Of a stretch of DNA of 64,000 bases, positions 1-10,863 are shown one piece after another (within the stretch, counting starts at the first letter, position 1; every line of letters begins with the position of its first letter). The notes under the pieces are model-generated. The model searched no databases, was not told the origin of the DNA, and saw nothing but the letters and a program-made list of their open reading frames with translations. Both the position numbers and the translations under genes were made by a program. Where the stretch lies: sequence record KX397373.1. The stretch is one strand, 5' to 3'.

Positions 1-722
1 ATGGCGTCGTGGGGTCAACCTGGTCGGGCAAAAAGAACGTGTTCTACGACCGTCTCCAGATTCAGGACTTGGTGGTGCTGATTGGTGACACGCTCTATAT
101 CGGGCCGTCAAACAACCATCTTCAGGAAGCTATCCCTGCCCTGAACCTGCGTTATGGTTTTGTGTTTGAAGCGGGTGATTTGCAAGAAGCAGAAATCCTG
201 TGGAACGAAGACAAAACGGCGGGCACGGTAAAAGTGAAAGCGGTTGAGACTTCACTGGGCTGGATTGGTGAGTACAACTTTAAAGTGGTGAAAGGTGACG
301 AATCCCTGCCGTCGAAAGTGTCAACCAACACTCTGTCCGGCCTGAAATACCCGAACGGCCAGATGGGTTCCGAGACGGTCGCTGCTACCATTGCGCAGGT
401 CTACTCGTACCCGTTCAACTTCACCGTGTACCACGACCTGTTCAAATCCTTCACACCGGGTGTGTTGACGGGCGACGCCCTGACCAACTTCGTCAACGCG
501 ATGAAGGTCATCACCGGCGGGTCGTGGGTCACTACCAACAACGCCACTTGGGGTCTGTCTGGTGCAGAGGTTACGTTCGTGGGCAACAACGACGCAGTTA
601 CCATGCCAACCAACAGCAAGTACAGCTTCGTGCTGGCGGTGAAACTGCCTGCGTCGCTGACGGCGATGGTCGGTACGATGTACCTGCAATTCAACAAACC
701 AGAAGACCCGAACGAGGTGTAA
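1..722 (+). CDS. Virion structural/fibre-associated protein, 5'-truncated at the window edge
   Basis: Frame is open upstream of the GTG at 9. The motif G..W.GKKNVFYDRL matches the G.G(Y/F).G...(L/F)YYDRL motif of the downstream paralogs. Confidence 0.7.
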   Translation, partial: GVVGSTWSGKKNVFYDRLQIQDLVVLIGDTLYIGPSNNHLQEAIPALNLRYGFVFEAGDLQEAEILWNEDKTAGTVKVKAVETSLGWIGEYNFKVVKGDESLPSKVSTNTLSGLKYPNGQMGSETVAATIAQVYSYPFNFTVYHDLFKSFTPGVLTGDALTNFVNAMKVITGGSWVTTNNATWGLSGAEVTFVGNNDAVTMPTNSKYSFVLAVKLPASLTAMVGTMYLQFNKPEDPNEV

Positions 723-725
723 TGT

Positions 726-1571
726 ATGGGACTCAACTACAGTAAGCCTTCTGACTTGCTGGTCTTCGATCTGTTAAACCGGGATAACCCCGGTTTACCG
801 ATTCCGGTGGATGCGAATAACGTAATCATCGAGAAGATTACGCAAGTGACGCCAGGCCCGGCCAATAACAACCGCAACACCCAGGCGCGTCTTCGCGGGG
901 TACAGGGAATGGGGTTCCGCGATTCCCTGACCTTGTACTACGACCGTATCAGTTTGGCACGTCTTATCCCGTGGTGGAGCTACGGTACAGCTACACGTAC
1001 TGCGTGCGGTATTACCAACTTCACAGCAGCGAACCTGCACGAACTTCTGCCATCCATTCTGGATACGTACGGTATTAACCTGCAACCCAAAGATGTGACC
1101 AATCAAAACTTTGGTGGTGTAGGCCAACCGAATTATAACTTTACCTACTCCTGTAACGCGTTGGCGACTTCGCCCGCGTATTTCAATGGTTTCACTGGTT
1201 ACCTGATGCGTGGTCTGCCGGTGCTGGATACGTCGATTACGATTGACACCTTGAACGTCATGAAGCACCCGATTGGCATTGACACCAATCAGATGTGTGT
1301 GGACTTGATGACCTGGGGTATCGATTTCACGGCGTACAAGAACCTGCTGACGGTCACGTCGGGTGGTCTGCCAAACTGGGCGGGCCTACGTAACCTGTTG
1401 GACAGCCTGGGTGTGCCGAACTACGCTGCGCCGATGAGCTCCAACACGGTGCAGGATGTCGCCACCACGGGGAACCAGTGGGCGAACAAAGACTACGACC
1501 GTGTGGTGATTCAAACCGGTATCGATGAGACCGGGGCGAAGGGTGTAGCCTACTATCACTACAACAACTAA
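726..1571 (+). CDS. Virion structural protein sharing the YS..S..L..D..NRDNP...G...LYYDR N-terminal domain
   Basis: 281 aa ORF with GAGG RBS. N-terminus is homologous to 1626, 4997 and 8335. Followed by a terminator. Confidence 0.75.
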   Translation: MGLNYSKPSDLLVFDLLNRDNPGLPIPVDANNVIIEKITQVTPGPANNNRNTQARLRGVQGMGFRDSLTLYYDRISLARLIPWWSYGTATRTACGITNFTAANLHELLPSILDTYGINLQPKDVTNQNFGGVGQPNYNFTYSCNALATSPAYFNGFTGYLMRGLPVLDTSITIDTLNVMKHPIGIDTNQMCVDLMTWGIDFTAYKNLLTVTSGGLPNWAGLRNLLDSLGVPNYAAPMSSNTVQDVATTGNQWANKDYDRVVIQTGIDETGAKGVAYYHYNN

Positions 1572-1574
1572 ACC

Positions 1575-1600
1575 AAGGGCCTGCGGGCCCTTTCTTTTTT
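1575..1600 (+). terminator. Intrinsic terminator
   Basis: AAGGGCC-TGCG-GGCCCTT hairpin followed by a T-run. Confidence 0.85.
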
Positions 1601-1625
1601 GTCGTAGGTGGGCTTAGGAGTCACT

Positions 1626-3044
1626 ATGCAATTCTATTCCAGTGCTGCGTTACAACTGATATACGACCAGGTGAACCGAGACAACCCGGATTTACCGGTA
1701 AAGCTTACCCAGGACGTCGCGGCACTCAAGAGTGGGCCGACGGCTAACTCTGCCAATGGGCGCAATACCCGTGCGGTATTTGTCGCCTATCCCGGTAAAG
1801 GGTACCGTGGTGAAATCACACTCTATTACGACCGTGTTAACTTAGGACAAATCTTTACCACGACACTCCGCCCGCTTATCAGCCTGCCTACGACAGTGAA
1901 GACGTTAGCAGATGCGTTGCCGTATTTGAACGACTTGCTCGGGCTCAGTCTGACCGTTGAGGATTTACAATCCCCTACGATGCCTCTGGCTCCGGATACC
2001 ACTGTTAAGAGTACCCAGGCGGCGATTGTCGCCACATCACCAGCGTTTCAGGGTGGGGTGAATTTCTCGTACCAGGCAGAAGGGCTTGGCTATTACCCGA
2101 ATTCAGGCCCAGGGCCAAAGACGCTCCGCGCGGGCAATACCCTGATGGGTTATTTCGGGAAGGTGGATGCGTCTGAACTGTATACGCACGCAGAGCTGTA
2201 TAACCTGACGCTGAAAGGCACACCAGCTACGCTGTATGCAGGAACCGAAGGGTGGTACAAGTTCTTTTACCAAGGCGGGATTATTTATCTACCGGTAACG
2301 CCACTCGCGTATAACGTTAACTGGTCTATCATCTATAACGCGGGGATTGCGTACGGTATCGAGGGTGTCGGGGCATACCCAACCGTCACACCGGTCAACC
2401 AGTCGAAGATTCTGACGAAGTCACTGCCTGAGGGCAAGTTCTATCTGCGGCCACGTTTACCGACAGCCAGTGTGAAAGACCCGATGACCGCAACCACCGG
2501 CACACTGCCAATTGCAGAATACATCGGCAGTATCCTCGAGTTAATGTTGAAGGTGCGTGACGGGACGTGGGAATCTAACACCGAAGGTCGGTGGAATGAC
2601 TGGGCAGTGTTCCTGAACAGCATCGCCGGGACAACCGGTAGTTTTAAACTGGTGGTGCCGCTGTCAAAGAACGGTACCAACGTCGTCAAAACCAATACCG
2701 CTACCGCCTGGTACTGGTGGCCGGTGTTAGAGTTGGTGGATACCAATACTACGTTGTTGAAACTGGAAGACCTGACCGGAAAACTGGAAACCTCCTTTAC
2801 CCCGATTGTGGCCAGCCGTGAACAGAAGTTCGCGTTAGCGCCTGCGGTGTTCAGCGGGCCGAAGACCACGTTGTTCCAGCCGGTTGTCGCGTCACGAGAA
2901 AACAGCTTGACCATTGCTCCGCCGATTTTCCAGTCACCGAAGACTGTTGATTTCCGACCGGTCGTTGCAACAGGCAGTCAGGTAGACGCACCATCCAAAA
3001 TCAATCTTTCCTCCCTCAATGGCGAATTGAGTGGGTTTAATTAG
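1626..3044 (+). CDS. Module 1, type A virion/fibre protein
   Basis: AGGAG RBS before ATG 1626. Shared N-terminal domain, central GPGP..L..G....GYFG domain, C-terminal tandem repeats and NGELSGF end. Confidence 0.75.
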   Translation: MQFYSSAALQLIYDQVNRDNPDLPVKLTQDVAALKSGPTANSANGRNTRAVFVAYPGKGYRGEITLYYDRVNLGQIFTTTLRPLISLPTTVKTLADALPYLNDLLGLSLTVEDLQSPTMPLAPDTTVKSTQAAIVATSPAFQGGVNFSYQAEGLGYYPNSGPGPKTLRAGNTLMGYFGKVDASELYTHAELYNLTLKGTPATLYAGTEGWYKFFYQGGIIYLPVTPLAYNVNWSIIYNAGIAYGIEGVGAYPTVTPVNQSKILTKSLPEGKFYLRPRLPTASVKDPMTATTGTLPIAEYIGSILELMLKVRDGTWESNTEGRWNDWAVFLNSIAGTTGSFKLVVPLSKNGTNVVKTNTATAWYWWPVLELVDTNTTLLKLEDLTGKLETSFTPIVASREQKFALAPAVFSGPKTTLFQPVVASRENSLTIAPPIFQSPKTVDFRPVVATGSQVDAPSKINLSSLNGELSGFN

Positions 3045-3056
3045 AGGTAAGACGCC

Positions 3057-4046
3057 ATGGCATTTATATTGCGCTGGACGAACCCAAACGCAATGAGCAC
3101 GGTGATTAATATTTACCGTGACACCAAAGACATCCTCACCAGTGCCTTGCCTGCACCAATCGCCACACTAAGTAACGGCGAGACCGAGTGGCGGGATACT
3201 ACCGCACTGGGTGGAAAAACCTACTACTACCTGATGACCGTTACCGCTAACGGGAAAACCGTCGCAGGCCCTTCGACACCATACACCATTGCGGTGAAAC
3301 GCGGTATCGGGCCAAACACCTTTATCCACGGCGATGACAAACTGGGCTTTATGGGCGTGGTGCCGTACGAAGAACGTTTCGATGTGAACCAACTCCCCGC
3401 AGCATTCCTGGCCATGTTCCCAGCATCGTTCACTGACCGGCCGGTACTGCTCAAGTTCAGTTACTACGGCAAGATTCTGTACATTCCTGAGTTCAGCCCA
3501 GCCATTGGGTTTGCCAGCTGGGCTGCACTGTATAGCGCTGGGTTGATTTACGGTCGGGACGACAACGGGCCCGCGGGCGGATGGGGTACATTACCACCGA
3601 CGAAGCAGGATGCGAAGGTGATTCACAAAGGGGACACCTATCGAATGCGTGTCCCGCGGGGGTTAGTGGGTCAGAACGGCGAAGATGTCTTCCCGTTCAA
3701 TGACGCTTACCAGTTGAAAGACCATGATGCCACTGACCTCGTTACGTACAACGAATTTAACGATTTGTACTACGCGATGGTAATGGACTGTCCGGTTAAA
3801 CAACGGGCTATCAATGCCGCCAACTTCTCCTATTCGTTCTTCGGCGCTGGTACAGTTAACTCAGCGAACCCACACTACAACGGTGGGGCGGTGTGTATGG
3901 AACACGACAGCGTGAACGATCGTGTTCTGCACCGTGGGAAGTTTGATGCCGCCGGTGGGGCTAACCTGAGCATGATGCAAAAAATCAACTATGTCACCCC
4001 ACAGCAAACGGGCCGTTATCTCCCGCTTTTTGAACTGGTAGAATAG
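3057..4046 (+). CDS. Module 1, type B virion protein (FN3/Ig-like N-terminus plus shared GPG..GY(F/Y)G domain)
   Basis: L.W.NPN...T.I.IYR...YYY motif, paralogous to 6409 and 9870. Confidence 0.75.
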   Translation: MAFILRWTNPNAMSTVINIYRDTKDILTSALPAPIATLSNGETEWRDTTALGGKTYYYLMTVTANGKTVAGPSTPYTIAVKRGIGPNTFIHGDDKLGFMGVVPYEERFDVNQLPAAFLAMFPASFTDRPVLLKFSYYGKILYIPEFSPAIGFASWAALYSAGLIYGRDDNGPAGGWGTLPPTKQDAKVIHKGDTYRMRVPRGLVGQNGEDVFPFNDAYQLKDHDATDLVTYNEFNDLYYAMVMDCPVKQRAINAANFSYSFFGAGTVNSANPHYNGGAVCMEHDSVNDRVLHRGKFDAAGGANLSMMQKINYVTPQQTGRYLPLFELVE

Positions 4047-4054
4047 GAGCAGTT

Positions 4055-4984
4055 ATGACCATTCGTTTAAGCTGGGTTTCACAGGCCAGCAAAAACCTGA
4101 CTGCTATCGAAATCTATCGTAAAGTCGGGTATGCCGCAACCATCGACGTGAACGCCCCTGGAACGCCGTATAAGACGCTCTCTCCAACAGCCACAGAGTT
4201 TATCGAGAATGTGACTGACCTCACGGAGAAAACCATCTACAGCTACTGGGTGGTGGGTGTGAAGGATACCGAGCGGTTGTTCGGTGGGCGTATTGTGCAG
4301 GGGTTCTTCCTGGACACCGGACCTGGCCCGCAAACCATTCTTCGCGGAGACTGGTACTGTGGTTACTTCGGGCCGGTAGCGGCCGCAGATTTCTTCACCA
4401 CGGCGGAGATTAAAGCGTTACTGACCACCACTCAAGCAGGTGTGGTCAGTAACGAACCGGGGACATGGTACAAGTTCATCTACCTCGGTAAAATCATCTT
4501 TGTTCCCGCAACCCAACACGGCCAGAACATCCTTGCCAACATCTACAACCGTGGGATGATGTTTGGTACGGATGACAACGGGAACTTCGTCCCGCCGGGG
4601 GCGTCGGCAACTAAACAAGATGTCCGCATCAGTAAAAACGGCCGTAGCTATCGGATTCGTTTACCGCGTGGGGATGCGTATGACGGGAAACTGGATCAGA
4701 TTAACGGGGAGTGGTTCTCGACCATGGGACGTATGTTCCTGACATCAATTGACACCTCGAAAAACGTGGATGCGAACGGTGTAGGGCGGGGGAAAATGGG
4801 TAGTCTGGCCGTATTGGGTAACAGTGGCAACCAGTACGATACCGGTGCACAGGCATTAACCCCGATGTATAGCGCAAGTACGATTTTCTTCGCGTATGGA
4901 TACCGTCCCGATACCTGGTCAACCACGTCCTCGCTCTCCTCAAACGTAGGTTACAGTTTCGTGTTTGAATTAATCCTCCCGTAA
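4055..4984 (+). CDS. Module 1, type C virion protein
   Basis: I.L.W..Q....L.AIEIYR motif, paralogous to 7435 and 10864. AGGAG RBS. Confidence 0.75.
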   Translation: MTIRLSWVSQASKNLTAIEIYRKVGYAATIDVNAPGTPYKTLSPTATEFIENVTDLTEKTIYSYWVVGVKDTERLFGGRIVQGFFLDTGPGPQTILRGDWYCGYFGPVAAADFFTTAEIKALLTTTQAGVVSNEPGTWYKFIYLGKIIFVPATQHGQNILANIYNRGMMFGTDDNGNFVPPGASATKQDVRISKNGRSYRIRLPRGDAYDGKLDQINGEWFSTMGRMFLTSIDTSKNVDANGVGRGKMGSLAVLGNSGNQYDTGAQALTPMYSASTIFFAYGYRPDTWSTTSSLSSNVGYSFVFELILP

Positions 4985-4996
4985 TGGAGAACCACC

Positions 4997-6397
4997 ATGG
5001 GGTTTTACAGTGATACGTCGTTGGAACTACTGTGCCAACAGATTCTCCGTGATAACCCCGGATTACCTTACCCGCTGACGAAAGACAATGTGCTTATCTT
5101 AAGCGGGCCTTTGACTTCCGGTGTCAGTGGAAGCGGCCGTAATAGCCGCATCACCCTCAACGGGAAAATGGGGTCAGGTTTTTCTGGGCGAAAGGAGTTC
5201 TTTTACGATCGTCTGAAAATGGAATCGATTTATACCAGCTTGCTTTCAACGCTGGTGTTGACGATGCCGAACGATGCCAAGACCAATGCCGACTTACTGC
5301 CGACCATCAACGATGCGTTAGGGCTGGGGTTAACTGCAACCGATTTGGCAGCGCCTACCACAGCGTTAGCGCTCGGACGGACACCCACCACAGCCAGCCT
5401 GGTTATTGCCAGTAACTGTCCGTGTTTTACCGGGACACTGACGGTGAAATGGCAACGTGGCAGCGCTGCACTGTACCCAGACTCAGGGCCAGGCAGTAAA
5501 ATGATGCTGATGGGCGACATGAACGAAGGTTACTTCGGGATGGTGACGCAGCAGGAACTGGCACGCGGCTCCGACGTCTACAGCGCCTTCGCCGAGGGGA
5601 AATCCCTGAAAGCGGCAGTGGGGATAGACACCGCGGATATGTTCTGGTTGAAGTTTGCGTTAGACGGCAAGATTTGTTATTTCCCGTCCCGCAATATCGC
5701 AGCGAGTCTGGTCTGGAATGACCTGGCAGATAATGGCGCAGCGCGTGGCGATGCCAAATACCCGACGACCTTTGTTGCCGGGGACGGCACTACCGTGTTT
5801 GCCCAGTTCCGCCTGCCCAACATCAGCACCACCGAAGTGGTTAACCCGTCTCGTGGGGATGCGACCTCTGACCCGGTACGATTGTTTAATAAGGTACACA
5901 AACAAACCTACGGGACGGGTGTGTGGGATGAGCTCACCACCATTAACATGGCGGAAGTGTTCTGGTGGTTAAACCGCTATACGGCTTCCAGCGGTAACTC
6001 AGCGGTTATCAGTCAGTTTAACCTGGCATCTGTTAATCCCAATGCCATTGTGAACACCCACAACTGGCGGCCGTTTGTTATTTTGGTGGACGGTAACCTG
6101 TATATCGTGCCAGTACGGAACATCGAAGGGAAACTGGAGAAAAGCGTCAGGGGCTTTGATGTCCTTGTCTCCTCGACCGTTGACCCGAACATGCTGCGGG
6201 CCATGGAAAATGTTGAGGGCAGTATTGTTCTTAGCAGCCCAACACCACTCGTGTACGCGCCGAGTTATAATGTCTTTAAAGCCGTGCAAGATGTCCGTGG
6301 TGGTACTCCACTGCGTTCTATCGGGTTCGACTTTACTGCAACGTACGAAACCAAGTTTAACCTGTCCGCTGCCAATGGTGAGCTGACCGGTTTCTAA
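4997..6397 (+). CDS. Module 2, type A virion/fibre protein
   Basis: MGFY..SLELLCQQI.RDNP; KEFFYDRL; ends NGELTGF. Confidence 0.75.
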   Translation: MGFYSDTSLELLCQQILRDNPGLPYPLTKDNVLILSGPLTSGVSGSGRNSRITLNGKMGSGFSGRKEFFYDRLKMESIYTSLLSTLVLTMPNDAKTNADLLPTINDALGLGLTATDLAAPTTALALGRTPTTASLVIASNCPCFTGTLTVKWQRGSAALYPDSGPGSKMMLMGDMNEGYFGMVTQQELARGSDVYSAFAEGKSLKAAVGIDTADMFWLKFALDGKICYFPSRNIAASLVWNDLADNGAARGDAKYPTTFVAGDGTTVFAQFRLPNISTTEVVNPSRGDATSDPVRLFNKVHKQTYGTGVWDELTTINMAEVFWWLNRYTASSGNSAVISQFNLASVNPNAIVNTHNWRPFVILVDGNLYIVPVRNIEGKLEKSVRGFDVLVSSTVDPNMLRAMENVEGSIVLSSPTPLVYAPSYNVFKAVQDVRGGTPLRSIGFDFTATYETKFNLSAANGELTGF

Positions 6398-6408
6398 AGG
6401 ATGCGATC

Positions 6409-7425
6409 ATGTCATTAAAGCTTACATGGGCTAACCCGAATACGGCAGCCACAGCGATTCGTATCTACCGCAAAGATACGACCTTCGATTCTTCTTCATT
6501 ACCCGCGCCGTTGGCAGAAATTGGGCCACTGGAGACCACCTACACCGACACCACAGCAGTAGAAGGCAACACCTACTACTACATCATCGGTACGGTGAAC
6601 GCTATCGACGAAGTGTTCACACCCACGCAAAAAATCACCGTCAGTGATAACCGTGGCGTGGGGCCGGGGGTATTACTCGGTGGTAACGGTGTGTTGGGGT
6701 ACTTTGGTACAGTGGCTCCGGAAGACTTTATCAACAGTTCTTCTATTCTGGCACAGGCCGCATCAGTTACGGGTATCCCAAGCACCTTGATTTCACCCAC
6801 CTGGCACAAGTTCATTCGTAACGGGAAAATCCTTTACGTCCCCGATACCTTCTTCGGTACTAGCGACTGGCGTTATCTGTACCAGGCGGGGTTTGTGTAC
6901 GGGGTTGATGGGAATGGGCCACCGGGGTTCGTCAGCACCGGTGTAACATTAACTAACCAGTTGCGGGTTGTTGTGTTTAAAGGCCAACGTTACAAAATTC
7001 GCCTGTTACGCGGGTGGAGTGACGGCCCTGAAACCGACATCATCAATTTCAATGGGGCGGTATCGAACCACGATAATCTGGCCAATACCCCCGATAACGA
7101 ATACAACGATTTGGTGTACGCACTCTGCAAGTTCACCCCGTACAAACAACGGGTGCCGAACTTTGCCAATCTGGAGTGGGACAAACTTATCGGTCTCCCC
7201 ACCACGGACTGGAGCAGCAGTGGTAGCCAGGCTAACCAAATTAACACTTATCGTTTTGTTTGCCAGGAACGCTGGCCGAGCGGTAGCGTGTTAAACCGTG
7301 GGCAACGTGAAGTGACCTGGGGACAGAACGCCTCCCCGCACCGTCGCGATCATGTCAGTCAGATTGCGGCATCGATTGTCACCCAGTCGTTGTATTGGCT
7401 TCCAGTTCTGGAACTCATCGATTAA
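6409..7425 (+). CDS. Module 2, type B virion protein
   Basis: LKLTWANPN..IRIYR; paralog of 3057 and 9870. Confidence 0.75.
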   Translation: MSLKLTWANPNTAATAIRIYRKDTTFDSSSLPAPLAEIGPLETTYTDTTAVEGNTYYYIIGTVNAIDEVFTPTQKITVSDNRGVGPGVLLGGNGVLGYFGTVAPEDFINSSSILAQAASVTGIPSTLISPTWHKFIRNGKILYVPDTFFGTSDWRYLYQAGFVYGVDGNGPPGFVSTGVTLTNQLRVVVFKGQRYKIRLLRGWSDGPETDIINFNGAVSNHDNLANTPDNEYNDLVYALCKFTPYKQRVPNFANLEWDKLIGLPTTDWSSSGSQANQINTYRFVCQERWPSGSVLNRGQREVTWGQNASPHRRDHVSQIAASIVTQSLYWLPVLELID

Positions 7426-7434
7426 GAGGCTACC

Positions 7435-8325
7435 ATGGGTATCAAATTGAATTGGGCGGATCAGTCTGCCCAGCAACTGACCGCGATTGAGATTTATCGC
7501 GGCAGTGCACCAATCTCCTCGGCAAACCCTGGAACGCCTCTTGTCGTGTTGGCGGGAACGGCAACGCAGTATGAGGATAACAACGTCAAAAACAAGACCC
7601 GCTACTACTACCGGGTGGCAGCGGTCAAAGGCAGCGAGCGGAGTTGGGGAAACAACCAGTTGGCTGGCTACTTCTCTGAAACGGGGCCAGGTCGTGCGAC
7701 ACCACTGCGTGGGTCGTGGGATGCTGGGTTAATGGACGTCGTAGCACCTGGCGACTTTATCACCTTGGCACAGTTACGTGCCCGCCTTCCTAAACTCGCT
7801 ATCGGTGGGGGAAATGAACCTACCCAGTGGTACAAGATGGTGAGTAAAGGCAAGGTGTTCTTTTTCCCCAATTCGAACATCGTCACTGCTAACTGGCAGA
7901 CGCTGTACGCGGCGGGACTGGTCTACGGGACGAACGATACCGGGACAATGCCAGCGGGTGCGAATCCAGGCGTCGCCCTCACGAATCAGTACACGACAGT
8001 GAACATTCGTGGTCTCGACTATATCGTCCGCTGTCCAAGTACCACCGATGCGCCACTAACGGAATTCGTTAATGCTCAAGAACCGACCGTGGGTTCTGAA
8101 TGGCGTAATACGTTGGCCCGACTTGTGCAGGACAAAGTCGACCCCTCGCCCGGCAAAGCATCGCGGTTAGGTGATGCCGATTCTCTGCCAAATATGTTTG
8201 GTGAACACTTCACCGCCAGCGGGTTTATCGGCTACCACGCGGGTGCAACGCCCGAAACGTACCGAGGCACGGTGACCAGCACGTCACAACCCTGTGCGTT
8301 GTTGTTCGAATTAATCATGCCTTAA
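7435..8325 (+). CDS. Module 2, type C virion protein
   Basis: GIKLNWADQ..LTAIEIYR; paralog of 4055 and 10864. Confidence 0.75.
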   Translation: MGIKLNWADQSAQQLTAIEIYRGSAPISSANPGTPLVVLAGTATQYEDNNVKNKTRYYYRVAAVKGSERSWGNNQLAGYFSETGPGRATPLRGSWDAGLMDVVAPGDFITLAQLRARLPKLAIGGGNEPTQWYKMVSKGKVFFFPNSNIVTANWQTLYAAGLVYGTNDTGTMPAGANPGVALTNQYTTVNIRGLDYIVRCPSTTDAPLTEFVNAQEPTVGSEWRNTLARLVQDKVDPSPGKASRLGDADSLPNMFGEHFTASGFIGYHAGATPETYRGTVTSTSQPCALLFELIMP

Positions 8326-8334
8326 GGAGGGGTT

Positions 8335-9858
8335 ATGGGGCTTTATAACAAGGCGTCCCTCGAACTGTTGTGTCAGCAAATCGAACGGGACAATCCCGCA
8401 ACCGCGGGAATGCTTGACGCGGCATCGATATTGGTGCTGAGCGGGCCCTTAACCACTGGTCTTGGAACAAGCGGGCGCAATGCCCGCATTATCCTGAATG
8501 GTCGTTTAGGTAATGGTTTCGTTGGGAAGAAGGAATTCTTTTACGACCGTTTGAATATTGGACAAATGTTCAAAGGCATCACAGTGGTGTTTCAGGCAGA
8601 GGGGTCGTCGAAGACGTACGCCGATTTACTGCCAGCGCTCAATGCGCAATACGGGCTAGGGTTGACCACCGAGGACATTACCAACGGGACAACCAAACTG
8701 CCTTATGGCTACGCACCAACACAGCTTACGTTAACCATCGCTGCAACGTCCTTGGCTTATACGGGCACGTTAGCAGTGACCTGGTCACGGAAACCGGTGG
8801 GTGTCTTCCCGGAATCTGGCCCAGGTTCGAAAGTCATGCTTATCGGGGACATGAATGAAGGCTACTTCGGGGTTGTCACCGAAGCCGAACTGTTCAGTCC
8901 TGTCGAGGTTCTCAGTCAACTGAACGAAGGGCGTACTGAGCCTTACGGAACCTTGACGGCAATGCCAACCAGCCGATTCTGGTATAAGTTCGCCCGCGAT
9001 GGAAAAATCTTCTATCTCGCGAACTACAACCACATCAGTATTCGCTGGCAGGAGTTGTACCGCTTAGGGGGTATCTACGAAACGGATACCCCGGACAATA
9101 AACAGTTCCCGCCCGATGGGGTGCTGTCTCGTCAAAAGAGCGTGTTGAAAAAGAAAGAAAATGGTCGCGATTGGTATCTTTCACCAACCACACCGAAACT
9201 CGCGGGGAGTGACCCGTGGGAGTACGCCGGAACAAATCAAACCCCCGACCCGAACGGGGATGTAGCGAGACTGTTTGCGAAGATTGTGCCGTCGGGTGGT
9301 TTCGCCACCGGGGAATGGGATGGGCAAGCCATCAATGCGGACGGGTTCTGGATGTCGACGACGTCACAGGCCACACCTGCAAATACCTACGGCAGCAGCA
9401 TGATCGGCACTAACCAGGGTCAGTACAATAAGACCAACTTTGTTGGGGGCTGGCGGCCCTTCCTGGAACTGGTTGATGTAACCAAAATCGCATTAGGCTT
9501 GAACCCGTTCAGTGGGGTACCGGAAGGGGTGTTAAGAAAACCTCTGGTCTCCATCAGTCCAGAAGTGACGGATGTGTTGTTAACTCTGAGTGATGTGAAG
9601 TGGGAACAAAACGGGGCATTGCGTATTCCGTTAGTGTCGCAGACATTGCAACCGTTACAAATGACCACGTATTTTGGCTGGACACGGTTACTTCGTCCGG
9701 CACTCGTCACGGTAAAGCATGAGCCAATACGTAACGTCAACCAGGTAGGGTGGACTCGCCCTCTCCGGCGACCTGTCGCGGCACTGACCGTGGACTACAA
9801 GGAATCAACAGCCTTTAACTTAGCCAACGCCAACGGTGAGCTAAACGGCTTTAAATAA
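8335..9858 (+). CDS. Module 3, type A virion/fibre protein
   Basis: MGLY..SLELLCQQI.RDNP; KEFFYDRL; ends NGELNGFK. Confidence 0.75.
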   Translation: MGLYNKASLELLCQQIERDNPATAGMLDAASILVLSGPLTTGLGTSGRNARIILNGRLGNGFVGKKEFFYDRLNIGQMFKGITVVFQAEGSSKTYADLLPALNAQYGLGLTTEDITNGTTKLPYGYAPTQLTLTIAATSLAYTGTLAVTWSRKPVGVFPESGPGSKVMLIGDMNEGYFGVVTEAELFSPVEVLSQLNEGRTEPYGTLTAMPTSRFWYKFARDGKIFYLANYNHISIRWQELYRLGGIYETDTPDNKQFPPDGVLSRQKSVLKKKENGRDWYLSPTTPKLAGSDPWEYAGTNQTPDPNGDVARLFAKIVPSGGFATGEWDGQAINADGFWMSTTSQATPANTYGSSMIGTNQGQYNKTNFVGGWRPFLELVDVTKIALGLNPFSGVPEGVLRKPLVSISPEVTDVLLTLSDVKWEQNGALRIPLVSQTLQPLQMTTYFGWTRLLRPALVTVKHEPIRNVNQVGWTRPLRRPVAALTVDYKESTAFNLANANGELNGFK

Positions 9859-9869
9859 CAGGTGGAAAC

Positions 9870-10853
9870 ATGGCACTTAAACTTCTCTGGAAGAATCCCA
9901 ATACCGTTGCAACCACGATTGACATTTACCGTGGTGATACAGCGAACGTTAGCTTAACCACGCCACTGAAAACCGTGGATGGTGCGGAGACGTCGTGGAT
10001 TGACACCACGGCATTGTTTGGGAAAACGTACTATTACGTCTGGGCAGTAAACTCGGCAGTTGACCGGGTCGTGTCTCGTCCGCAGAAAATCGAAGTCTCT
10101 GACCGTCGTGGGCCAGGGTCGAACTTGTTGCGTCACGGTGATGAGAACTACGGTTACTACGGTGCGGTGTCGGCGGCAGACTTCGTTAACAGCACCACGC
10201 TGTATAACGCAGCGAAAAACACCTCCGGTTTACCGACCACCGTTATCTACCCGACGTGGCACAAATTTGCCCGTAAAGGGAAAGTCGTCTTTGTACCCAA
10301 CCAGTGGTTCGGGGATGCTACCTGGCAGAGTCTGTATGATGCGGGTCTGGTCTACGGGACGGATGATGTTGGCGGAGCCAATCCGGCAGGCACCGTTAAC
10401 CAGTTGACCACTTTTGATTTCAACGGTGAAACGTTCCTGATTCGTTTGATGAAAGGAATGCCAGAGGGTCTCGTGTGGGACGGGTCAAACTTTAACCCGA
10501 ATACCTTCGCCCCGATGAAAGACGTCTACGCCGAATACGAGGACTTCCTCTACCCGTTGTGTAAAGACGCGCCGTTACGCCAAAGAATGGTCTCGGTCGA
10601 TACACTCGACGGCAGGGCTTGGATACCAGGGGCAGCCTACAACAACCGTGTCAACTATGGGGTGATTTGTCAGGAAGCTCTGGCCAACGTGTTGGTACGT
10701 GGTACGCCGAACTACAACAACGACCCGTCAACACGCAGTTCCATGGAATCCACGATTGCCCGCAGTCGTACCGCCGGGACACCGTGGGTACCGGTTGTCG
10801 AATACGTGGGTCGTGTAGGTGAGACCTTTACCCTGCCGAAGACGGTCAAGTAA
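9870..10853 (+). CDS. Module 3, type B virion protein
   Basis: LKLLWKNPN..IDIYR; paralog of 3057 and 6409. Confidence 0.75.
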   Translation: MALKLLWKNPNTVATTIDIYRGDTANVSLTTPLKTVDGAETSWIDTTALFGKTYYYVWAVNSAVDRVVSRPQKIEVSDRRGPGSNLLRHGDENYGYYGAVSAADFVNSTTLYNAAKNTSGLPTTVIYPTWHKFARKGKVVFVPNQWFGDATWQSLYDAGLVYGTDDVGGANPAGTVNQLTTFDFNGETFLIRLMKGMPEGLVWDGSNFNPNTFAPMKDVYAEYEDFLYPLCKDAPLRQRMVSVDTLDGRAWIPGAAYNNRVNYGVICQEALANVLVRGTPNYNNDPSTRSSMESTIARSRTAGTPWVPVVEYVGRVGETFTLPKTVK

Positions 10854-10863
10854 GGAGTAGAAT

